The notes under the pieces: generated by a model
Seen by the model: only the letters and a program-made list of their open reading frames with translations
What the model was told of the DNA's origin: nothing
The model's database searches: none
Shown: positions 16,701-25,653 of the stretch, piece after piece
How the letters are laid out: each line of letters opens with the position of its first letter
Numbering within the stretch: the stretch's first letter is position 1
Program-made: the position numbers and the translations under genes
Source: Gammaproteobacteria bacterium
GTDB lineage: Bacteria; Pseudomonadota; Gammaproteobacteria; GCA-001735895
Reading direction: 5' to 3'
DNA length: 51,306 nt
Assembly (NCBI GenBank): GCA_050298595.1
Contig: JBNKUM010000108.1
Location: 1 to 51,306, forward strand

Positions 16701-16973
16701 TGCTGAGGTGCAAAGTAGCAAACACCAGATATTGACAAGAATGGAATCGACTCTTTGCTTTAAAATTATGGTGAACAATAATGCAAGAACTATTATTGCG
16801 CTATTCGATATGGGGGCCTGTAGGTATAGCGTACGTACCTGTTCAATTACACGTAGCCTACGTATATCAGGAGTATATCCTTTTCTAGTGTTGGGGAGAC
16901 TTTGCTGCCTTATTTCCTTTGATTCTTCGATCATTATGGCTACGCTTTTCCATTGAAAAGTAGTTTTACGCAA
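13719..16973 (-). CDS. Membrane-anchored PAS/PAC-GGDEF-EAL diguanylate cyclase/phosphodiesterase
   Basis: N-terminal TM helices, three PAS/PAC modules (DITE/DVTE), intact GGDEF with RxxD (REMD), EAL and DDFGTGYSS; start may be 16934. Confidence 0.93.
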   Translation of the reverse strand: MRKTTFQWKSVAIMIEESKEIRQQSLPNTRKGYTPDIRRLRVIEQVRTLYLQAPISNSAIIVLALLFTIILKQRVDSILVNIWCLLLCTSAIIRLSIWYLHKTKPKVFSSERWLRYHLIGSAMAGLSWCIIFPLIYIANDIVITMALSLLLFGIVGTSVILLSAYLPAFIVYTYPQFFSLLATLFLFNDLPYYLLSLGLIIYLIMITLFTINLNRSAITALELQQKNIALINQLNEEVNQREALIQQGTIELSEKNKALIQEISDRKHIEQELLKSEQLLSSIFSASPTGMALLSTDLHYQLINETLAGLNGVKVEDHIGKSMQDVLPDIYNIAYPCFQQILETRKPILNTELSTEIPSRPGKISHFSISYFPVLDNSNHIISLGSVVVDITERKEAEQALKASEERFSLAMKGANDGLYDWDLVKNEIYYSPRWKSMLGYKDDELPNDFSIWKDLFVATDQAQSWSVMSEFLNGSRDNFNLELKMRHKDGHWVDILSRAYAVRDEEGTAIRMVGTHLDVTELKNKQAMIRVLSQAIEQSPSSVVITDTQANIEYINHSFEEISGFTLQEVKGKNPRIFKSGLTPLKRYKEMWNCLLEKKPWSGEIQNKNKNGDIYWEYARIAPVINESGEVTHYVGVKEDITEKKIQHEKMLYQAHYDHLTDLPNRFLALDRLSLMVRESSRNNTKLAVLFLDLDGFKRINDSMGHEAGDRLLVMVARRLSESIREMDSLCRLGGDEFIILLHSINSVSGAQLVAEHLLSQFRNVFTLDERELVITVSIGIACYPEDGANSDELLRNADTAMYRAKEMGRNTYQNYTASMNKDISRRLALEEQLNGALSRDEFTVLYQPLIDLQTKVIIGVEALIRWHSSVLGPISPDDFIPVAEQSSSIDKIGQYVLSEAMAWTAKWRTMTNHEFSTAVNLSPTQFRNQKLPTIISNLLKKHDLPAAALEVEITEGVLLSGYPYLEETINTLKNLGIGISMDDFGTGYSSLSYLRSYPFNTLKIDRSFINDISVDEADRELINAAISMGHGLGLKVIAEGIETEDQLAHLINLGCDIGQGYLFSKPVTGEEISELLLKDGKI

Positions 16974-17237
16974 CTTGATACAGCATAACGTATTTTCAAG
17001 TGTATGCCATATAACTCCATACTGCAGATAATATTTTTAGAACTATGAAAGTGTGTTTTGCAATGGCCCGCAGAATGATTTGCCAATCATTTAGTGTCGG
17101 TTGAAAACAATATGATCCAAATTATTAACAAAAAATTACAATAAAATAGGCTATGATTAGATAAAAAGTGACTCGTCAGGAACAAATATGGACGAGATCA
17201 AAAGCTACACTTAATTTATTTAATCTGGAGAGTTTAG

Positions 17238-17441
17238 ATGTTTGTTTCATCAATTGGTAGTGCAAGTGCCCAGCAAGTGTTGCAGCCACTATTGACTAGT
17301 GTTGAAAGTATGGCAGAAGGTAGTACCCCAGACGGTGACCGTGACAGGGATGATGTCAGTAACGTTTCTGCAACTACAAATGTAAATAATTCAGCAAATG
17401 TAACAGAGTCAATTGGCCAGAATATTAATGTCTATGCCTAG
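17238..17441 (+). CDS. Small protein, YjfB/putative motility protein-like
   Basis: GGAG RBS; 67 aa, low complexity; C-terminal IGQNINVYA motif. Confidence 0.55.
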   Translation: MFVSSIGSASAQQVLQPLLTSVESMAEGSTPDGDRDRDDVSNVSATTNVNNSANVTESIGQNINVYA

Positions 17442-17457
17442 TTGCTTGGCTGGCTAA

Positions 17458-17616
17458 AGGAACCTCTGATTAATTCTGGGTCGAGGGTGTGGTGAGATGA
17501 AATGGTTCGGATCAAGGCGAAAAGTGCACGTAATAGCAAGCTATTGCGAAACTTTTCAACGCTGAGCCGGATTATTTCAGCCACCACACCGATCCACGAA
17601 TTGATCAGAGGTTCCT
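17458..17616. mobile_element. MITE with 19-bp TIRs and TAA target duplication (IS5-like)
   Basis: TAA|AGGAACCTCTGATTAATTC ... GAATTGATCAGAGGTTCCT|TAA; internal GATCAAGGCG...AATAGCAAGCTATT core. Confidence 0.85.
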
Positions 17617-17761
17617 TAAATTAATCTCACGCAAAGTAACTATAGACTTACTGGATTCCTTTCCCCCCCCGCATCTAATGTATTGCTCTTTAGAAAGTAT
17701 TTGAGCTTCTAAGGCCAAAATCAAAGCTACACTTCTGTTCGATATCGCCTAAAGATGGTTC

Positions 17762-18973
17762 CTACTGCTGTAAAAAAGCATTCTGATCAACCAGGAAGCG
17801 TTCGCTCAGGGGCAGGCTGGCGGCACCTAGCGCGCGAGCGTTGGTTCCAATACTACCTTCGTAGATATCTGGAATCTGTAGTCCAGGTAGCTGCATGTCC
17901 TGCAACTGATGTCTAATCTGGGTTACTATTTCGCTTCGAATATCGCGGGGTAAAGAGCCATCTATTACGCAAGCCTCGAAATCGATGACTGAAATGGAAG
18001 ATACAATCGCGTGAGCGATGCCATGCGAGGTTTGTTGAATCCAGTTCTTCACCTCGGCTGATTCGTTATCCCACTGCTTGTTCTTTTCCCATAAGCTGCT
18101 CGAATTACCACCTGCAGCATCGATGGCTTTTTCCAGTGTTGCCACTGATGCCAGATCAATTAACTGCTGAGTTTTACCGCCTTGCACAGGGATCGGCATG
18201 GAGCCGATGGCACCAGAATTGCCGCCGGGCCCAGTAAACAGGCTGCCATTTAGCACAATCCCGCCACCAATAAAGTAGCCGATATGAAAATACAGAAAAT
18301 TTTCGGGCAGTTGTGAATGACCAAACACCAGCTCAGCAGCACAGGCAGCAGAGACATCATTTTCCATATAAACCGGGAAGTCGCAATGATCAGCAATCAG
18401 GCTACGGATATCCACCACACGCCAGCTATCCATGGCGAGCTGAGTAGTACCGATGAGTTCAGGCCAGTTCCATAACTGAAACGGAATGCCTATACCCATG
18501 CCCGAGATTCGACTGCGCTGCTTTTTCGAGAGACGGCCACAGATGCTGTCAATCGAGGTTTTAACAAATTGCACAATACTGTCTGGAGTAGGGTAGCCAT
18601 AACTCAAGTTCGAGATATCGACTATATCGCCGAGAAAATCTATTAATACGAGGTCACTGCGTCGGCGACCAATCTTGAGGCCAAAAAATAATGCGCCACT
18701 GGCGACCAGTGACATGGGTACCGAGGGTTGCCCGACCTTGCCCTGTATTCGTGTCGGCTCATCGCGTTTGAGTAAGCCATCTTTCTCCAGGTTGCGCATG
18801 ATTACCGATGCGGTTTGAGCGGATAAACCGGTCATGCGTGCAATATCGGATTTGGGCAAGGCGCCATGCCGACGTATTAATGTTAGTACCAGGCGTTCGT
18901 TATAGGCTCGCATGCCACTCTGGTTAGTGCCCATGTTAATGCGATTGATTGTGCCCGAGTTTATTTGATTCAA
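17762..18973 (-). CDS. frcR: ROK-family transcriptional regulator (FrcR-like)
   Basis: N-terminal HTH (KSDIARMTGLSAQTASVI), GQPS, ENDVSAAC, GYFIGGGIVLNG; divergent from frcBCA. Confidence 0.85.
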   Translation of the reverse strand: MNQINSGTINRINMGTNQSGMRAYNERLVLTLIRRHGALPKSDIARMTGLSAQTASVIMRNLEKDGLLKRDEPTRIQGKVGQPSVPMSLVASGALFFGLKIGRRRSDLVLIDFLGDIVDISNLSYGYPTPDSIVQFVKTSIDSICGRLSKKQRSRISGMGIGIPFQLWNWPELIGTTQLAMDSWRVVDIRSLIADHCDFPVYMENDVSAACAAELVFGHSQLPENFLYFHIGYFIGGGIVLNGSLFTGPGGNSGAIGSMPIPVQGGKTQQLIDLASVATLEKAIDAAGGNSSSLWEKNKQWDNESAEVKNWIQQTSHGIAHAIVSSISVIDFEACVIDGSLPRDIRSEIVTQIRHQLQDMQLPGLQIPDIYEGSIGTNARALGAASLPLSERFLVDQNAFLQQ

Positions 18974-19040
18974 GGATTGATAACCGAATTTCTACCAGAT
19001 GTAGAACTTACCTTATGTGCGAACAAAACATAAGTCAATT

Positions 19041-19117
19041 AATAACTATAAGTGAATTATTTATTAATTCAACGATGTTCCGCGCTGTGGTTGATTAGTA
19101 AATATAAATGATTTATT
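19041..19117. promoter_or_regulatory. Two candidate 21-bp ROK (FrcR) operators
   Basis: AATAACTATAAGTGAATTATT (19041-19061) and AGTAAATATAAATGATTTATT (19097-19117); TTGACA follows at 19120. Confidence 0.5.
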
Positions 19118-19241
19118 AATTGACACGGTGCTTTATAGTGTGCTCTTATCCTGTTATGTTGCTGAGTGATAGGCCTTTCTATTGCGGCATCTGAGTTCTC
19201 GGCACAGTTATAAAATCTTATAAATTAACAGAGGAAAGCTC

Positions 19242-20270
19242 ATGAAAAAACAAACCTTAATCAAAAACACACTTGCCCTCGCCGTTCTGGCAATGCTGGG
19301 ATCAAGTCCTTCTATGGCGGCAGATATTGGCGCCTGTTTAATCACCAAAACCGACACCAATCCATTTTTTGTGAAGATGAAAGAAGGTGCGCAGGCAGGC
19401 GCGAAGGCTAATGGTATTTCACTGCAAACTTTTGCCGGTAAGCTAGATGGTGATGTTGAAACTCAGGTCTCTGCGGTAGAAACCTGTATCGCATCGGGCG
19501 CTAAAGGCATCCTGATTACACCATCTGATTCTTCTTCATTGGCACCTGTTGTGAATAAGGCACGTAAGGCGGGGTTACTGGTTATTGCACTGGATACGCC
19601 TTTTGATCCAGCCGATACCGCTGATGCGACCTTTGCTACCGATAACTTCAAGGCGGGAGTGTTAATCGGTCAATGGGCCAAAGCCAAAATGGGCGCAAAA
19701 GCCGCTACGGCTAAAATAGCACTACTCGACCTTAATCCTTCGCAGGTCTCAGTTGACTATCTGCGTGATAATGGTTTTCTTCAGGGCTTTGGTATCGATA
19801 TTAAAGATCCTAAACGTATAGGTGATGAAACCGATCCGAGAATCGTTGGTAATGATGTAACTAATGGTAACGAAGAGGGGGGGCGTAAAGCGATGGAAAA
19901 TCTGATGCAGCTAGACCCTGATATCAATCTTGTTTACACCATTAATGAGCCTGCCGCAGCAGGGGCATATGAAGCGCTGAAAGCATTTGGTAAAGAAAAA
20001 GGAGCAATAATTGTATCAGTAGATGGTGGATGTCCTGGCGTGCAAAACGTTAAGGAAGGTATTATCGGTGCAACTTCTATGCAGTTCCCTCTGCTGATGG
20101 CTTCAAAAGGTATCGAAGCTATTAAAATCTGGGCTGAGAAGGGTGTAAAACCAAAGCCATCACCTGGTCTCGATTTTTTTAATACGGGTGTTGAACTGGT
20201 TACTGATCAACCTGTTAAAGGTTTGCCATCTATTAACTCAAGAGAAGGCCTGAGTAAATGCTGGGGCTAA
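19242..20270 (+). CDS. frcB: Fructose ABC transporter periplasmic binding protein
   Basis: Signal peptide; [40 protein letters not shown]-terminal CWG. Confidence 0.9.
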   Translation: MKKQTLIKNTLALAVLAMLGSSPSMAADIGACLITKTDTNPFFVKMKEGAQAGAKANGISLQTFAGKLDGDVETQVSAVETCIASGAKGILITPSDSSSLAPVVNKARKAGLLVIALDTPFDPADTADATFATDNFKAGVLIGQWAKAKMGAKAATAKIALLDLNPSQVSVDYLRDNGFLQGFGIDIKDPKRIGDETDPRIVGNDVTNGNEEGGRKAMENLMQLDPDINLVYTINEPAAAGAYEALKAFGKEKGAIIVSVDGGCPGVQNVKEGIIGATSMQFPLLMASKGIEAIKIWAEKGVKPKPSPGLDFFNTGVELVTDQPVKGLPSINSREGLSKCWG

Positions 20271-20382
20271 TAGCCTAAATTTATAATGATTTATTAAACA
20301 GGGGCTCCTTGATCTGCTACTTTGGGCAGGTCAGGTCTCCTCTGATATTTCACCATTCTTTAAAGAATTGGAGGAAAGGTTT

Positions 20383-21465
20383 ATGAGTGATAATAACTCA
20401 CAGACAAATGTAAAGCAGGACTTCGAGAAGGTCATTGATAAGGCAGACAGCAAGGTTGCCAGTTTTGACCAGGTAGATGGTGGTGCATTAACCAGGATAC
20501 AGCGCTATCTGCACAGCTACCCGACCATGATTCCAGTGATTGTGCTGTTGTTAAGCCTGGCTATATTTGGTGTGGTGGCAGGCGGACGCTTTTTTTCTGC
20601 ATTCAATATGTCTCTGATTATTCAGCAGGTATCCATTATTGGCATATTGGCGGCGGCTCAAAGTCTCATTGTGCTGACCGCTGGCATTGATCTGTCGGTA
20701 GCTGCCATCATGGTGCTGATGTCGGTAATTGCCGGCAATCTGGCGGTAAACATGGGAGTTCCTGCACCGCTTGCATTACTGATCGCGTTCGCCGGTGGTA
20801 GCGCAGCAGGGTTAATGAATGGCTTGCTGGTTACACGCTTCAAACTTCCACCTTTTATCGTCACGCTGGGCACCTGGAATATCTTTTTTGCCCTCAATCT
20901 TTGGCTATCTGGTGCGCAATCTATTCGCAGCCAGGATATAGACGCCAAAGCGCCTTTGCTGAAATTCTTTGGTCACTCCATCAATATTGGCGGTGCACAG
21001 TTGACCTATGGTTCTTTCCTGATGCTAATTATCTTCATAGTGATGTGGTATATGCTGACAAAAACCGCCTGGGGTCGTCATGTGTATGCGATAGGCGATG
21101 ATAAGGAGTCGGCAGAGCTATCCGGTATTAGAACCGACCGCACAGTGAATTCGGTATATATGCTGGCGGGTTTTATCTGTGCATTAGGTGCCTGGGCATC
21201 GATTGGTCGTGTGGGTTCGGTATCACCGCAAAGTTTTTATGAAGGAAACCTGCAATCGATAACCGCTGTAGTGATCGGTGGGATTTCATTGTTTGGTGGG
21301 CGTGGTTCAATCATGGGGCCCCTGGTAGGGGCGCTTATAGTAGGTGTATTTCAATCAGGGCTACGCCTTTCGGGAGTTGACGTGTTGTGGCAGGTGTTTG
21401 CCATCGGTTGGCTCATTATTATCGCTGTAGCAATCGATCAATGGATCAGGAAGGTATCGGCATGA
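20383..21465 (+). CDS. frcC: Fructose ABC transporter permease
   Basis: GGAGG RBS; LTAGIDLSV, PPFIVTLGT, AVVIGGISLFGGRG, DQWIRKVS. Confidence 0.9.
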   Translation: MSDNNSQTNVKQDFEKVIDKADSKVASFDQVDGGALTRIQRYLHSYPTMIPVIVLLLSLAIFGVVAGGRFFSAFNMSLIIQQVSIIGILAAAQSLIVLTAGIDLSVAAIMVLMSVIAGNLAVNMGVPAPLALLIAFAGGSAAGLMNGLLVTRFKLPPFIVTLGTWNIFFALNLWLSGAQSIRSQDIDAKAPLLKFFGHSINIGGAQLTYGSFLMLIIFIVMWYMLTKTAWGRHVYAIGDDKESAELSGIRTDRTVNSVYMLAGFICALGAWASIGRVGSVSPQSFYEGNLQSITAVVIGGISLFGGRGSIMGPLVGALIVGVFQSGLRLSGVDVLWQVFAIGWLIIIAVAIDQWIRKVSA

Positions 21466-22265
21466 CACTGGCAGAAACTCAGCAACCCATACTTACCGCA
21501 CGCAATGTGGTCAAACGATATGGCCGTGTTACGGCGTTGGATCATGCCGATTTTGATCTGTATCCAGGCGAAGTGCTGGCCGTCATAGGCGATAATGGCT
21601 GTGGTAAATCAACTCTGATTAAAGCGCTTTCGGGGGCCATTCAGATTGATGAGGGAGAGATAGAGCTGGAAGGTAAGCAGATTCACTTTTCATCACCTAT
21701 GGAGGCTCGCGAAGCGGGTATAGAAACGGTTTACCAGACGTTGGCACTATCTTCGGCATTATCGATTACCGATAACCTTTTCATGGGGCGCGAAATTAGA
21801 AAACCCGGTGTGCTAGGGAGCTGGTTCAAAATGCTGGATCACGCTGAGATGGAACGTATTGCGCGTGAGAAATTGAACGAGCTGGGGCTGATGACGATTC
21901 AGAATATTAATCAGGCAGTAGAAACGCTGTCTGGTGGTCAACGCCAGGGCGTCGCTGTAGCTCGTGCAGCAGCATTTGGTTCCAAAGTAGTCATTATGGA
22001 CGAACCGACAGCGGCTCTAGGTGTTAAAGAAAGTCGTCGCGTACTGGATTTGATTCTTGATGTTAAATCGCGCGGTCTGCCTATTGTATTGATTTCACAC
22101 AATATGCCTCATGTATTTGAGATTGCGGATCGAATTCATATCCATCGCATGGGTCGTCGCGCCTGTGTCATCAAGCCACAGGATTATTCGATGTCTGACG
22201 CAGTGGCGATCATGACTGGAGCGATGGATCCACCAGAAGATGATAGTGCTGAAAAAGTGCATTAA
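21462..22265 (+). CDS. frcA: Fructose ABC transporter ATP-binding protein
   Basis: ATGA overlap with frcC; GDNGCGKST, LSGGQRQ, MDEPTAALG, SHNMPHVF. Confidence 0.9.
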   Translation: MTLAETQQPILTARNVVKRYGRVTALDHADFDLYPGEVLAVIGDNGCGKSTLIKALSGAIQIDEGEIELEGKQIHFSSPMEAREAGIETVYQTLALSSALSITDNLFMGREIRKPGVLGSWFKMLDHAEMERIAREKLNELGLMTIQNINQAVETLSGGQRQGVAVARAAAFGSKVVIMDEPTAALGVKESRRVLDLILDVKSRGLPIVLISHNMPHVFEIADRIHIHRMGRRACVIKPQDYSMSDAVAIMTGAMDPPEDDSAEKVH

Positions 22266-22294
22266 TCTTTAATTAGATTTGGGGGCGCTGAGTA

Positions 22295-23215
22295 ATGTTT
22301 TTGATATGTGGCGAAGCCTTGTTTGATGTATTTATGGAGCAGCAACAGCTGGATTCAATCCAGATGAATGCTCGCGTTGGTGGGTCTCCATTCAATGTGG
22401 CGATCGGTCTGGCTCGGCTGGGTCAGGCATCCGCTTTGTTAACCGGTGTATCAACAGATGTCCTGGGTAATCAGTTAACCAATATGCTGGAAAGTGAGTC
22501 GGTATCCACCGATTATCTGCTGCGTTCCGGGCGACGTACCACCTTAAGTCTAATCAACCTTAAACCAGATGGACAACCCGAGTATGTTTTCTATGGGCTT
22601 GGTTCTGCTGATTGTAGCGTGACCGAAGCCGATCTACCCCAGATCGGGCCTGAAGTCACGGGCATTCACTTTGGCTCTTATTCACTGGTGGTGAAACCGG
22701 TGGCGGATGCCTTTGCCTCCATGCTGGACAAATATAGCGACCGTTTTATCTCGGTTGACCCCAATGTGCGCCCCACTATTGAACCTGATATGCAGGTTTG
22801 GCGCGAACGGGTCGCGCAATATGCAAAATATGCCAACCTGTTAAAGATTAGCGCTGAGGATATCGAATATCTTTACCCGCAAAGCAGCGCTGAGCAAATG
22901 GCCGAGCAATGGCTGCAGGCTGGAGTGCAACTGGTTTTTGTCACCGATGGTTCAAAACAGGTTCAATGCTGGACAGCGACTGGACATCACTGTCGAGTAA
23001 CTCCAGTAATCGATAAAGTGGTTGATACTGTCGGTGCTGGAGATACTTTTCAGGCCGCGATTCTTGCACGTTTATCAGAGTGGGGTGACCCGAGAGAAGT
23101 AGTCGCGAAACTTGATGAGGCGAGATTGAAAGAACTGGCTGAGTTTGCTGTTAAAGCAGCTTCGATAACCTGTTCGCGTCGCGGAGCGGATTTGCCACGT
23201 AGAAATGAGTTATAA
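22295..23215 (+). CDS. PfkB-family sugar kinase (probable fructokinase)
   Basis: CGEALFD, GGSPFNVAIGLARLG, DPNVRP, DTVGAGDTF. Confidence 0.88.
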   Translation: MFLICGEALFDVFMEQQQLDSIQMNARVGGSPFNVAIGLARLGQASALLTGVSTDVLGNQLTNMLESESVSTDYLLRSGRRTTLSLINLKPDGQPEYVFYGLGSADCSVTEADLPQIGPEVTGIHFGSYSLVVKPVADAFASMLDKYSDRFISVDPNVRPTIEPDMQVWRERVAQYAKYANLLKISAEDIEYLYPQSSAEQMAEQWLQAGVQLVFVTDGSKQVQCWTATGHHCRVTPVIDKVVDTVGAGDTFQAAILARLSEWGDPREVVAKLDEARLKELAEFAVKAASITCSRRGADLPRRNEL

Positions 23216-23492
23216 AGCGGGCGGATTGAACTAGTTTTTCTGGTCATAAAAATATCGACTGATTATGGTGCATGTCAGTAATAACTATAGTTGTATTAAG
23301 CATTGTGCCGGTGCATTTATAGTGCGGACCGGTAATTTCATGAGAATTGATGTCTTAAGCTGTTAATCTGTTCTTATCGCGCCAATCAATAGCATAGATA
23401 TTTTCCATATGTCGAATGACAAAGCTATGGCATGAAATTTGTGGAATCAATTTGTAGTACTTTATAACCTGTGGCTTAACCGCATAGAGATT

Positions 23493-24965
23493 ATGACCAA
23501 CACTATTATCCCTGTATCTATTTTTGACCTTGTCGTGTTTGGAGCCAATGGGGATCTGGCTCTGCGCAAGCTGTTTCCTGCATTGTTTAGGCGCTATGCC
23601 GATAGTCAAATACCAGAAGGCTCTCGCATTATAGGTGCATCTTTATCCGATTATGGCAGCGATGAATTTCGTTCTGAGGTGTACGAAGCGCTGAAGTTGC
23701 ATCTGGATCCTGAGGAATTTGATGATGATCGTATTCACTTATTCCTGCAGTGTCTGCATTATCAGGGAATCGATGCTACAGATATTTCAACCTGGGGTGG
23801 CTTGACGGCGATTCTTGAACAACAACCAGACCGTACTAGAGTTTATTATCTTTCCGTTGCCCCCTTCCTGTTTGGGCCTATAGCCCAGTCACTGGCTGAA
23901 GCTGGTCTCAATGATAATGGTGCACGCCTGGTGGTGGAAAAACCTTTTGGGCATGATTATAAATCTGCAGTCGAACTGAATGATCAATTGTGTTCTGCAT
24001 TTGATGAGCACTTTATCTATCGTATCGATCATTATCTGGGCAAGGAAACGGTACAGAATTTAATGGCATTCCGATTTGCCAATGCTCTGTTTGAGCCACA
24101 ATGGAACAGTAATGCAGTTGACCATGTACAGATTACAGTGGCTGAAACACTGGGGGTTGGCACTCGGGGGCGATATTACGACAGCGCCGGTGCGATGCGC
24201 GATATGGTACAGAATCATCTGATTCAGTTATTATGTCTGATCGCGATGGAGCCGCCTTATGCCTTTACCGCAGATGCATTGCGCGATGAGAAAATCAAGG
24301 TGCTGCGTTCACTACGTCCATTAACCGGGAAAGAGGCACTGCAAAACACGCGTCGAGGTCAGTACCTTTCAAGCAGAAACGAACCGGCTTATACCGAAGA
24401 AGTTGGTGAGCCCGATAGTCTGTGTGAAACCTTTGTCGCTATTAAGGCGGGTATAGAATGCTGGCGCTGGAGTGGGGTTCCCTTTTATCTACGCACTGGC
24501 AAGAAGCTACGTGAATCGATGGCTGAGATTGCCATTGTATTTAAAAAGCCGCATTACATGTTGTTCGGAAATCTGTCGACCCCGGTACAGCAGAATACCC
24601 TGGTGATACGATTACAGCCGGATGAAGGATTGAGTCTGTCGGTAATGACCAAAGATCCTGGGCCGGGCGGATTCAGATTAAATCAAAGTGTGCTGGATAT
24701 GAGTTTTATTGAGAATCGCCCGGGTGGAAAGCGGGTTCCTGATTCCTATGAGCGTCTGTTAATGGATGTTGTACGTGGCAATCAGACGTTATTCATGCGC
24801 CGCGACGAAGTTGAAGAAGCATGGAAATGGATAGATCCGATCATTGAGGCCTGGAAGGAATCGGGAGAACGACCGGAAAGTTATGATTCGGGTGGCAGTG
24901 GTCCTGCAGGTTCGATGGAATTGATGTCGCAAACCGACCGACGTTGGAGAGATATAAAACTATGA
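23493..24965 (+). CDS. zwf: Glucose-6-phosphate 1-dehydrogenase
   Basis: FGANGDLALRKL, EKPFG, RIDHYLGKE, DMVQNH, GVPFYLRTGK; start at ATG 23493. Confidence 0.96.
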   Translation: MTNTIIPVSIFDLVVFGANGDLALRKLFPALFRRYADSQIPEGSRIIGASLSDYGSDEFRSEVYEALKLHLDPEEFDDDRIHLFLQCLHYQGIDATDISTWGGLTAILEQQPDRTRVYYLSVAPFLFGPIAQSLAEAGLNDNGARLVVEKPFGHDYKSAVELNDQLCSAFDEHFIYRIDHYLGKETVQNLMAFRFANALFEPQWNSNAVDHVQITVAETLGVGTRGRYYDSAGAMRDMVQNHLIQLLCLIAMEPPYAFTADALRDEKIKVLRSLRPLTGKEALQNTRRGQYLSSRNEPAYTEEVGEPDSLCETFVAIKAGIECWRWSGVPFYLRTGKKLRESMAEIAIVFKKPHYMLFGNLSTPVQQNTLVIRLQPDEGLSLSVMTKDPGPGGFRLNQSVLDMSFIENRPGGKRVPDSYERLLMDVVRGNQTLFMRRDEVEEAWKWIDPIIEAWKESGERPESYDSGGSGPAGSMELMSQTDRRWRDIKL

Positions 24966-25636
24966 AGCTCGTTGAATATACCTGTCAGCAGGCTGCAGCA
25001 GAAGGCCTGTCTCAGCTGGTCACGCAGCAGTTGAAATCTACCATCATCGCGCGCGGCATGGCGAGCCTTGCGGTACCGGGGGGATCTACCCCGGGGCCTT
25101 TTTTAAGGCAGTTAGCACAGGCTGAGCTGGACTGGGGCCGAATTAATGTAACTACCACTGATGAGCGGCAGGTACCTATAGATCATGCCCGTTCTAATGC
25201 GCGCCTGATCAGCGAATCTCTGTTACTTAACCCAGATGCGAAGCCCTCTTTTTTTGCCATGAATCAGGGGCTTAGCCTGGATCATCTCAGGCAGCAGTTT
25301 GCGCAATACTTTATTCCACTAGATATCTGTGTGTTAGGCATGGGTGATGATGGGCATACGGCTTCTTTGTTTCCAGGAGTCGATGAAGACTTACTGTCAG
25401 CTGCCAGCCAGCAATTGATTGCCGAAGTTCAACCGCCGGGAGATCTGGAAGCGCGCATTACATTGACTGCACGTGCGCTGTTGATGGCAAAATATATACA
25501 TATCCTGATCCATGGGGTGAACAAAAAAGCGGTACTGGATGTTTCCCTGAATGGTGATGATGTATCGCAGATGCCAGTGCGCAGTATCTGGCAGCATGCT
25601 AATGCGCGAGTAATGATTCACTATGCGCCAAACTAA
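24962..25636 (+). CDS. pgl: 6-phosphogluconolactonase
   Basis: ATGA overlap with zwf; GGSTP, DER, LGMGDDGHTASLFP. Confidence 0.95.
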   Translation: MKLVEYTCQQAAAEGLSQLVTQQLKSTIIARGMASLAVPGGSTPGPFLRQLAQAELDWGRINVTTTDERQVPIDHARSNARLISESLLLNPDAKPSFFAMNQGLSLDHLRQQFAQYFIPLDICVLGMGDDGHTASLFPGVDEDLLSAASQQLIAEVQPPGDLEARITLTARALLMAKYIHILIHGVNKKAVLDVSLNGDDVSQMPVRSIWQHANARVMIHYAPN

Positions 25637-25653
25637 TTGATTCAAAGGTTAAA

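Noticed and set aside
23451-23468. HexR operator upstream of zwf
   Set aside because: TTGTAGTACTTTATAA matches only one half-site well and no hexR is nearby
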